Below are positions 53,876 to 64,000 of a stretch of DNA of 64,000 bases, piece after piece. Origin of the DNA: Saccostrea cucullata (Eukaryota). The position numbers and the translations under genes were made by a program. The stretch covers positions 620,001 through 684,000 of the forward strand of contig NW_026938695.1 in NCBI RefSeq assembly GCF_032062105.1. Direction: 5' to 3'. The notes beneath the pieces were generated by a model, which had not been told where the DNA came from, made no database searches, and worked only from the letters and a program-made list of their open reading frames with translations. Positions within the stretch are counted from its first letter, which is position 1; each line of letters opens with the position of its first letter.

Positions 53876-55823
53876 TTGACAGAAGTCACCAATGAATTAC
53901 CAATTGCTGGTAGATTACAGCATTTTTTGTCAAATTGGAAGCATGTAACTAATGACAAAGTTATTTTAGATATTGTGTCTGGATACAAATTAGAATTTTC
54001 ATCGATGCCTTTACAAAATTCTGTTAGAGAAACATTTGTGAATAGTGCACAGGCAATTTATTTGGACTGTGAAATACAAAAATTGAAGGACAAAGGTGTA
54101 ATTCGGGAAGCTGTTTTCCGTAACGATCAATTTATTTCAACAGTATTTCTTACTCCTAAAGCTGACAAAACATTTAGAATGATTCTAAATTTGAAGGAAC
54201 TGAATGAATTCATTGTATATAAGCATTTTAAAATGGAAAGTTTTAGTAATGCACTCTGTATGGTTACCCCAAATTGTTATATGGGTACGATTGACTTAAA
54301 AGACGCTTATTATACTGTTCCAATTTGCAACGCAGATAGGAAATTCATGCGGTTCATTTGGAAAGGGCAGCTTTGGGAATACACCTGTTTAGCAATGGGA
54401 TTAAGTTCAGCACCCCGTGTTTTCACTAAACTATTGAAACCTATTTTGTCTGATCTTCGTTCAAGAGGTCATCAATCAGTGATGTATATAGATGATTGTT
54501 ACGTACAAGCTGAGTCTTTTGATATGTGCTTGGAAAATATAAATGACACTGTAGAAATCTTAGAAAACTTAGGTTTTGTCATCAACCGGGAAAAATCGGT
54601 CATGATCCCAGCAAGAACTGTTACTTTTCTCGGATTTATCATCTGTTCAGAAAATATGACTATCAAGATTCCGCATAAAAGGATAGAGAAGCTCAAAGTT
54701 AAAATAGATACGATTTTGAGAGAACGAAGAAATTCCATTCGAGAAGTGTCAGAACTGCTAGGCATGTTAAATTCTAATGTCCTTGCTTGTCCTTAGGATC
54801 CTTGTATTGCAAGCGCCTCGAAATTGAAAAGATTCAAGCATTAAAAATAAAGGAAATTTTGATGCGGTCATGTGCATATCTGATAGTTCTGTTAGTGATC
54901 TGAAGTGGTGGTATGAAAACATAGAATGTATGGAATCACCTATTCGAAGAGAATCACCCTCTCTGGAAATGTTTACTGATGCTTCTCTCACTGTTGGCTG
55001 GGGAGCAGTTCTGGGTGATATACGGACTGGGGGACCGTGGTCGCAGATTGACAGCTCAAATTATCCTCACATTAATTATTTAGAACTGTTTGCTGTCTAT
55101 TTAGCTCTCCAGTCCTTCAAGAATGAAATTAGAGATAAGCATTTGAAACTGCACATTGATAATTCCACGGCCGTAGCCTGCATAAATCATTTTGGATCAA
55201 CTCAGTCGGTGATTTGTAACCAATTAACAAGAGACATTTGGCTTTTGGCTTATCGTTATAATGTGTTCCTTACCGCTGTCCATATCAAGGGCTCATTAAA
55301 TGCTGTGGCCGATTTGGAAAGCCGTAAAATTCGCGATGACACGGAATGGATGTTAAACAGAAATTTGTTTTTGAAGATAACCAGTATCTTTTCTCGACCA
55401 GTTGTCGACTTATTTGCATCTCGAGTAAATAATCAGTTAACTAATTACATATCATGGCACCCTGATCCGAGTGCTAGTGCTACTGATGCTTTTACATGTA
55501 CTTGGAATTTGTATTCATGTGTGTATATTTTTTCTCCATTTAGTTTGATCCAGCGAATTCTGAAAAAGATTGTGGAAGAACAAGTACCAGCTGCAATTAT
55601 AATTGTTCCAGATTGGCCAACAGCGAGTTGGTACCCATTCTTGATGAAACTGTGTGTCGATGCACCTCTTATTCTTCCTCAGTCCCGGGACACATTGGTA
55701 TTACCTCATCGCCCTCAAGAAGTTCACAAACTATACCCAAAGCTGCGTCTTCTGGCATGTCACATATCCGGAAAATGTATCAATCCAAAGGCATTTCAGA
55801 GAAAGCAATTCCGGTTCTTATGA
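53876..55823 (+). pseudogene. DIRS pol: reverse transcriptase, RNase H, Dam-like methyltransferase domain
   Basis: IDLKDAY, MGLSSAPRVFTK, YIDD; FTDAS..GWGA, HINYLEL, IDNSTA, N..AD..SR; DLFAS...DAF...W...YIFSPF...PDWP...WYP. Broken by frameshifts near 54795 and 54845. Confidence 0.92.
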
Positions 55824-56688
55824 ACTCTTGGAGAGCGTCAACTAAAAAACAGTATGATTCGCATATGAAAAAGTGTCTAGAATTTCTAAATCGCAAATCT
55901 ATCCAAGTATCTGATACTTTTTCAATAACAGTTGTCTTGGACTTTCTTACCGAACTCTTTGATAACGGATATTCATATAGTACAATTAATTCCGCCAGGA
56001 GTTTTCTCAGTTGTTTATTACCACCTGTTAATGATGTGGCTATTGGTTCTGATCCGCTAATTAGACGTTTCATGAGAGGAGTCTTTATCGACCGTCCTAA
56101 TTTACCGCGGTATACAGAGACTTGGGATGTGAGCACGGTCTTATCGTTTATTCGCAGTATGGGGGAAAATGAAGTTTTATCAGTGTTTATTTGACATTGA
56201 AGCTTGTCATGCTATTAGCGTTAGTAACAGGACAGAGAGCACAAACTTTGTCATTTTTAGATTTAGATAATATGCATGTTATGAAGATAGAATTGTGTTT
56301 TTTGTAAATAATCTTGTGACATGTATTAAAGTGTATGTAACAAAAACGGAAAAATATAGAGGTAATGGAAATAGAAGACTTCTTTTGACAACCCAAAAGC
56401 CGTTCCGAGAGGCGTCGAAGGACAGTATTTCTCGCTGGATAAGAACTCTGATATCTAAATCTGGCATTGACACCAGCAAGTTTTCTGGACATAGCACTCG
56501 CGCTGCTGCAAGCGCCACCGCACGTTCTTCAGGGATTTCAGTTGACAATATCTTATCACATGTTGGATAGTCTAATGAGAATACATTTGCAAAATTTTAT
56601 GACAAAACTGTTTTAAATAATGATAAAAAATTTCAGTCTGCAATTTTGTCTTCAACATGTAGTTTAGATGATATGAATATTAGATAAA
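55757..56688 (+). pseudogene. DIRS tyrosine recombinase
   Basis: SWR.ST..QY, YSTINSARS, P.LPRY..TWDV, LLALVTGQR, HSTRAAA, G*S (W to stop at 56568), TFAKFY. Frameshifts and an apparent internal deletion near 56280. Confidence 0.9.
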
Positions 56689-57962
56689 TTTTTGACAGTT
56701 ATAGGAATTCTTCTTCTTTGTATAATTCCTATTTTCAATATGTGAATATTTGCTTTAAACATATCACGTGTTACCCACGTGACTTCGTGGTGAAGGAGAA
56801 TTAGAAAATTAAAGGAGACTTACCTGTAAGGTGAACATTAATTGAAATTCTCCGAAACACCAAGGAACGTTGGGTATTACGTGCCCACCCTTGATCTCCC
56901 TCCCATGGGAACTTGGGTGATAAAATTATAATAATGTAGCATCTGTAAAATTGCATATTATCAAGAATATTCACATATTGAGTTAAATACTGATCTGGGA
57001 GTAGGCTTGCATATCTCACGTAATACCCAACGTTCCTTGGTGCTTCGGAGAATTTCAATTAAAGTTCACCTTACAGGTAAGTCTCCTTTAATTTTCTAAT
57101 TTTTTTGTGAATAGATGTCCAGGATCTCAGGAGATGGAAAGTTCGTCTTGATCTATAAATAAATAGGCCTTCATCTGTAGTTTACTGAGACTTTATCAAT
57201 AAATTTCATATCGATGAATTAGTTTTAATAACAAATTATGACGCATTACAATTGAAAAAATACTCTCGTATGTCACAGTCAAGGTCAAAATGTAATTGAC
57301 CTTGGAATCATATGAAAGAACTTAGTGGAGAATGCATACCAAATATAAAGTCTTTATCTCCTACAGTTCAAAAAATATGACGAAGGTACGAAAAAGATAT
57401 TTTTAGCATATACATGTACATCAAAGTCAATTTAACAAGGTCATTGACCTTGGTGTCATTTCAAAGATCTTAATCAGTGGAGTTTGCATAGATATATCTC
57501 TCGTGGATCAAAAGTTATGGCGAAGGTAAAAGTTCACAAAAGACAAACAGATAAACAGACAGACAGGACAAAAATATCCTTTAATTTAACAATTTCTAAT
57601 GAGCAGTTGTAAGACGTATGACTAGTGTATTTTTTTTTTCATAAAAAATTGCCAATCAAATTTTGAAGCTTTGGAACCTTCTTCATAATTCTATCTGATT
57701 TGTGGAATTTTAACAAAACTTTTGAACTACATCTTGTAGCTTTTACATATTGAAATATTTGTTAGTGCACATAATAATGCATGGCGTTTCCATCATTTTC
57801 TTTCCAGATTCCAAAGACAATTGTTAACAGAAATATATCCAACTCAAAAAAAATTATTTTCACAGTAAAAGATCAAATAAACAGAAAAAGAGGCGTAACT
57901 GTACAGATAGATTTTCATAAACTGCACGCCATTTCCTATACATAAAACACAAGGGGGTGATA

Positions 57963-59639
57963 TTAATGCATATCTGTCGAATAGTTTATCCTTTCTATGT
58001 ATCTATACACAGACACTATGTCAGTACATTCTGAAGATCCACGCCCAACATAAAGAAGATGAGTTTTGTGATCATAGGCCAGGCCATACAGCTCGTGTAT
58101 ACTCCCTGGTTTGGTCAACAGGAGTGACAAGAAGTGACCATCCTTGTCAATCATCTGTACAGTGTCAGTGAGGGTATCGACCACCAGGATGTGTGACAGG
58201 GCGTCTGTACAGATTCCTTCAGGTTGTAGTCCTGATTTCAGTCCCGATCCTGATGGAGGCCCCGTGTAAGAGAACCGATGTTTGCCTCCAGCGTCAACCA
58301 CCACTACAGCTCTGAGATCATAGTCTGACACAATGATATCTCCATTGCAATTTTTTGTGAGGTACTTCGGATCTCCAAATAAAATTTCACCTTTGTGGTC
58401 GATTCGGATAGTTTGGAGTTCTACTTCCCCACTGTTGTCATACCGTTTTACCATGCCTGTATATGTTTTGTAATTATACATCCTCATGCCAATAAGTAGT
58501 TCTCCAGAGGACACACAGTAGTGGAGACTGACAGGTCTCAATGAATCTGTTATTCTCATTAACATGACCATTGATCGGCTTTCTGTTTGAATTTTGACAT
58601 CTCCTCTGATGTCAACGTAAAGAAGTTCCCCAGCACTTGATACTGTGTGCACACCTCCAAAAGCAGCTTTGTCTGTAACTTCCTGAAGAGTTTCACCCGA
58701 GGTGTCTGTCAAGATGAGATTGTTCCAATCACTGACCCAGAATTTATCTGGTGCCACAATAGAAACATGACGACCATAACTGATATCTTTGACTTTCACC
58801 GACCTCTTTAACACAGGTTTAGACATCATTTTCAGTAGCTGTTCATCTAATATTTCTCTTTTTATGATTTCACTTTGGGTTTCTTTTAATAACAGATTGA
58901 CATCAGCTTTGTTTAAATTATCACATATTGACAAAATAGGCACTTGCTTTACCTGTACAATTGTTTTAGTCGTGTTTATGAAATTTTTCTTGTAGAATAA
59001 AAGAAATTGTACAGGTCTGATCAATAAATGCTCAGATCTGTGTTCATAGTATTCAGATTTAGCAAGAAATGTATTTTGTTTGAACTTCTGATGTTGTAGT
59101 GTTTGAACCAAAAGCAGGCTGCATTTTGTTATATCATTTAACAAGACAGTATCAGTTAAATCCTTTAACCTTATAGCTTTTAAATGCATTGCTGACTGAA
59201 TACCTGAAAGTGTTCTACTGCATGTTTTCATGTGATTCTGAATCCCAGATAAAACACTATAGTTTCTATACAGAACCTCACTTCTGATTTTGTGAATTGT
59301 TTCTTTGTATTGCTGTCTGGTTATTCTATAAGCAGCTTTAAGATCCATTTTTTCATGATTTCTATGTTCTATACACAGATTACAGACAAGAAGTTCACAA
59401 GACTGACAGTACATTTCATATATCATATCTGGATGTCTGTCACAAGTCTCTATTTTTTGAAGGACTTCACATTTCTCTCTATAAATCACAACATCATGGT
59501 ACAAAGTGTCTAGATCACTGTTGTGTCTCTCTTTACACTGTGGACATAGGTTACTTTTACATGTCTTGCAGTAGTATTCTGTGTCTCCATAACAGTTGAT
59601 ACACGTCTTTATCATACACTGTTTGTTGAAATCTTCCAT
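57963..59639 (-). CDS. RING-less TRIM-like protein (2 B-boxes, coiled coil, NHL), paralogue 3, 558 aa
   Basis: Intact ORF collinear with paralogue 2. ATG (MEDFN) at 59639, acceptor tgtattttaaacag ending at 59686. Confidence 0.92.
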   Translation of the reverse strand: MEDFNKQCMIKTCINCYGDTEYYCKTCKSNLCPQCKERHNSDLDTLYHDVVIYREKCEVLQKIETCDRHPDMIYEMYCQSCELLVCNLCIEHRNHEKMDLKAAYRITRQQYKETIHKIRSEVLYRNYSVLSGIQNHMKTCSRTLSGIQSAMHLKAIRLKDLTDTVLLNDITKCSLLLVQTLQHQKFKQNTFLAKSEYYEHRSEHLLIRPVQFLLFYKKNFINTTKTIVQVKQVPILSICDNLNKADVNLLLKETQSEIIKREILDEQLLKMMSKPVLKRSVKVKDISYGRHVSIVAPDKFWVSDWNNLILTDTSGETLQEVTDKAAFGGVHTVSSAGELLYVDIRGDVKIQTESRSMVMLMRITDSLRPVSLHYCVSSGELLIGMRMYNYKTYTGMVKRYDNSGEVELQTIRIDHKGEILFGDPKYLTKNCNGDIIVSDYDLRAVVVVDAGGKHRFSYTGPPSGSGLKSGLQPEGICTDALSHILVVDTLTDTVQMIDKDGHFLSLLLTKPGSIHELYGLAYDHKTHLLYVGRGSSECTDIVSVYRYIERINYSTDMH

Positions 59640-59704
59640 AGCAACCGTGTTGCAACTTAAAAGTCTTTGTTTTGGGGCCAAAAACCTGTTTAAAATACAA
59701 TTTT

Positions 59705-60190
59705 TTTTTTATATTTAACAATTAATGATGGCTTTCATATTTCACATTTTACCTGTGACAGAACCTTTCCAAAATATACTATAATTTTTTACCCTGTTAC
59801 CTTGACCTTGAAGTTTGACATTTTTTTTGAAAATTAATAAATTACTCAAATTGGTAATTACTTTTGAAAGAGAAAATATTTGGCTTTCATTTTACACATG
59901 TATATATCACCTGTGAAAAGACCTTTCTAAATATACTATGATTTTTGATCTGTGACATTGACCTTCAAGTTTATTTGACCTATTTTCTAAAATTGTTATC
60001 TTTCCTTAAACATTTTCATTGAGAAAAGGTATTTAACATGTGCATTACCTCAGAAAAGACGTTTCTGAAAATGCAATGGGTTCTTTTTACCTCTTCAATT
60101 GACCTTCATGTTTGACCTTATTTTCAAAAATTTAAACTTTGTTGATTACTTTTCAATGACAAATGAACGGGCTTGTACATTTGACACAAT
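59705..60190. repeat. Degenerate tgaccttga-type tandem repeat family (HINE-like internal repeats)
   Basis: acctgtga...acctttc...tgaccttgaagtttgac units. Related stretches at 29240-29600, 30230-30680 and 57270-57570. Confidence 0.6.
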
Positions 60191-63100
60191 ATGCCAGAAA
60201 TACATGTAAAAGCATCCTAAGACATCAAAAGTAGGGGAACACAATTCTTTGAATTTGCTCGTAAAATACACTGTATGTAAGGAGATAACGAACAGAATTC
60301 AAGCTCCTATTCATTCTACAGTAAGATTTTTTAGTTTAGTGTGGTCTGTATGGACACTAATTTTTCAATAACACTTCATTTATTAAACAACTTAAACAGG
60401 GATTGAAAGTTAAATATGTCTTTAACAATATCTTCCTTTGTTAAAAATGTGAACATTCCAACTTTACAAACATGATACAATATTGACCATAAACACTTAT
60501 ATACTGATAGAAGAACTTGAATATTTTTTTTATTGATTGATGGTCTTGCTATTTCTTAGAATAGTACACACATTACACTTTCAACCCCTTATATAAATTA
60601 TCTTTATTATTAGGTGTTATTAAGAAAAACACTAGTGTCGGCACTCAATTGACTACTTTAACCATGTTGCTGTTGTGTTGAAGTCAAGGGAACAATAAAT
60701 GTTGTCTTTTACTAAAAAATGGGTCTTATTTAATTAATTTGTGGCACAAAACACCACGCTGTGATGAATATGAGACAAGTCAACATGGAACTAACACAAT
60801 TTTTACATGTACACAGCCTTTGTTTTCTCTGATAATTTAAATTTTCTGATTTCTAAGGATTCTTAAAAAATAAAATGTAATTGAGTAAATTTAAGCTAGT
60901 CAATCTGAGATCTCTAAATTCACTTTTGGTTTTAAATGCACTCAATTTTATGTGTATAATTAGTCATTTTCTTGAGTTTAAGAAGACAATGTCCATCATT
61001 CACTTACTTGACAAATTCGTTGTGAAACCTTAGTGTAGCATGTGTAGAGTTGCCACCACCCCTCACCAGCTGCAGATTTTTTTTTTTTTTTTTGACTTCA
61101 GGTACATTCTTCTACTAAATGTAGGCCCAATGAAGGATTTTGAGACATGTCCTTTTTGAATTATTATTAGCACACTTAAGAGACCTTTTCAGGATTGGCT
61201 CCCTTGCTGGAAATCCTAGCTAAAACACTGTGAGATACCAAAAAAATTATAAAAACTCAACAAAGGAAAGGTTATGAAGAAAGACTGTCATATTAATAGC
61301 TTTTTTTTTTTTCAAAGTTCATTTTCTTAAGATTTTATAGAAATAAAATTTTACATCCTATGTCTATCAAACATGAGCCAAACACAATGAACAGGGTAAA
61401 ACATCATGTTAATATGGGAGTACATGAATTTACATGTATCTTGTTTGATTTTTGCAACTTTACATGTTTGTCGAAGATTTTAAAATAGCCATTATTAGTA
61501 TACGTGCGCAAAAATGTTCAAGTATTTTGGATTATACACTATTTGTTACCTCAGTATAGGAGGCTTTAAGCACAATGGTTATGTCATTGATCAGTCATCA
61601 GTATGTGTTTTTCATGAAGCAATACCTGGAAGCTGTCATATACATCTTCAAATGACGTCCATTAATGCAGAAAACAGCAATGCATGTACAGTTCTTTTGA
61701 CTGGAATGAATCTGTAAACAAGGAATATCTAATCACATAATGTAAATTTATACATGTTTTAAGAAAAATATCAAGTACATATCAATTGAAATGATTATGG
61801 ATGTGAATCTATCAATGTTTTTGACCATGTTGATATATATTTCTTCTCAGTTCACATTTCAGTCACAAATATTTAAGATGATTTGAAGTTCACAAAGGAA
61901 CTTCAAAAGATTACCCTCTCCCTATGTATCACCTTTTCAAGTAAAAGAACAAACATATCCTTTTACATATGTTTTAGCTTCAGATTGTTTTCACCTTTTC
62001 TTCTCAGAGGACAACCTAACAAATCCTGCTTTCATCTTATACTCTTGACAGAAGTGGACGGCCTGATGTAGGCGAATCTCTACAAAGAGACAGAGAGAAT
62101 AATTACATACTTTCATCTGTTCATTTGATTGCTATTGCTAACTACACGTATGAGCCTATGTGCATGATTAAATAATATGTATATCTTCTTTTTTAACTTT
62201 AAATGGGTGTAGCGACGCATTTGTTAAGAAAAATTTACAACTTACTAATTCCCTTAATTTTTCACAACGTTCACGCTAGCTTTTCTTGGCTGTTTTGTTT
62301 GTTTACATTGTGAAAATATTTTATATTCCGAGCCCGACACAAATTAAAGATGTCTTAATTCGAGAGACTGTATAAATTTATTTAACATAATACAGCGCCA
62401 TAACACCCCTCAACTATTCAATATTTCGCTTTCAACATCATTTTAAATATTAAACAAAAAAATCATATTAAATGAAACTGTACACGATTTACTGAAATAC
62501 ATGCACATGCATGTACAATGTACATGTTATATACTACTTGATACACTGTGATTGAAATAGCGAAAATATCATTCTAGATATCTGAGTAAAACATGCAACA
62601 AACGAAACTATATCTCAATATGTATTTTTTTTATTATTATTATTTAATATTTTTTTCAAACATTTAATATACAATAATCTGCCATAAGATATTTTATTTA
62701 AATACTTTAAAATATACAGGCTCATACTACAGTGTACATGTACTTTATGAATAGGCCTAATGTAGATTCATGCATGTTAAGCGATTAGCGGATAAAGTGA
62801 TTTAATTAATCTATTTTGAAAAAAAAAATTAAAAGGCTGCATATTGCTCTTCATTATGTAAATATGACTAATCCTTATCAGTTCACTTATACATAATTAT
62901 TTAATATACTCATAATGTTGAAAGCACTTAGAAGCATAGCACTTAATGAATGAACAACCCCCCCCCCCTAAAAAAATATGAAGATTCGTGAAATAAGGCC
63001 CATTATTCATTTAATGTGTTACACATGTGGTAGAGAGAAGAGAGGTGGTTACAAAGTTGCCAAATTCATCTGTCTGGATATTTTCAAATCGAATTTCAGT

Positions 63101-63568
63101 TAAAAAAAATAATTAAGTAACTTAAATGAGAAAGAAAACTATTAAGCTATTGTAAATCTGCTGGAACGACTGCACTGAAGTGAATGTTTCCGCAAGTTCG
63201 GGAAATACAATCTGTTCATACATATAGTTTATACAGTTAATTTTCTGGACCGTACTGTATATTCATCACTTACAACATGTGCCTGTGAAATAGGTAAGTG
63301 TACAAAGTTCTCATATATATCATTTATATTCCAAGTTTATTATAAACTGGGAAAATACTTATAATTGATGTGTGAAACGTGACTAATTATTTCAGAAATA
63401 TGTATTCTTATTTAGGATTCTGGAACATTTGGATTTCAAATGTTCAAATTGTGTTAATGGATGGCCACTTATAAATGTAGATACACATGTATTTGTACCA
63501 TATACGTATGATAATCCGCTAGTATTTGCTTTACAGGTCTGTACAAAAGTTGATTATAGGAGAAAAAC

Positions 63569-64000
63569 ATGTCACACGAACAGACATCGGATTTTGTTGG
63601 TGATATACAGCTTCTGACAGCAGACGATGAAGAGCATGAAAAATGCCAATTTCATACCGGGCAGTCATTTACAGCAAGCTGTAGCCAATGCGATCAGTTA
63701 GTATGTCTGAAATGCATAGTTTCAACTCACAAAGGTCACACATTTGAAGATCTTGGCGATCTGATTGAAGTCTCTAATAAAATGATTGTGAAAATCAAAG
63801 CCGAAAACATAGAAAAAAGAATGGCGGTTTTGATGAAAGAAAGCGAAAGCGCAGAGAAGGGAGTAAAAAAGATACAGGAACTAAACAACCTTACCGAGCC
63901 CGAAATTCAAGGCGAATATTTGAGCTGTATGGAGAGGATTGACAAGGATAGGGACCAGCTTATAATGACGCTGGAAGCAGATTTGAAAAGAGCAGAAGAA
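63569..64000 (+). CDS. B-box/coiled-coil (TRIM-like) protein, 5' part, runs off window
   Basis: MSHEQTSDF...CQFHTGQSFTASCSQCDQLVCLKCIVSTHKGHTFEDL then a helical K/E-rich region, 144 open codons. Acceptor ttgctttacag ends at 63536. Not listed in the ORF track. Confidence 0.88.
   Translation, partial: MSHEQTSDFVGDIQLLTADDEEHEKCQFHTGQSFTASCSQCDQLVCLKCIVSTHKGHTFEDLGDLIEVSNKMIVKIKAENIEKRMAVLMKESESAEKGVKKIQELNNLTEPEIQGEYLSCMERIDKDRDQLIMTLEADLKRAEE

Larger units (their letters stand above)
52547..57101 (+). mobile_element. DIRS1-type tyrosine-recombinase retrotransposon with both termini, inactivated
   Basis: Left ITR from 52547 is the inverse of the right ITR (about 56990-57053), which has an extension to 57101. 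Internal complementary region at 56765-56883. ATT at both ends. gag, RT/RNaseH/MT and YR frames in order. Confidence 0.95.

Noticed and set aside
52838-56548. Minus-strand ORFs within the DIRS element
   Set aside because: Antisense shadows of gag, pol and YR with no motifs.
63429-63617. 62-aa Cys-containing ORF
   Set aside because: TTG start, spans an acceptor, and is out of frame with the B-box ORF.

Overview
AT-rich, repeat-dense animal genomic DNA with spliceosomal introns. It is most likely a bivalve (oyster-like), inferred from the gene and repeat families, not from a database match. Host genes are immune-type: a two-exon secreted C1q-domain gene (17336-20072, -), three paralogous RING-less TRIM-like B-box/B-box/coiled-coil/NHL genes on the minus strand (one pseudogene, two intact), and the 5' part of a fourth, divergent B-box/coiled-coil gene on + at the right edge. 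Mobile DNA includes a structurally complete but mutated DIRS1-type tyrosine-recombinase retrotransposon (52547-57101) and a young 434-bp miniature LTR element with a tRNA-Lys-like cassette in each LTR (36830-37263) inserted in a dead LINE RT. There are also several Helentron/HINE-like elements with internal tandem arrays, tRNA-derived SINEs, TA- and CTG-target MITEs and long hairpins. Most short ORFs in the supplied track are spurious. No prokaryotic system or CRISPR array is present. All alignments and translations were done by eye.
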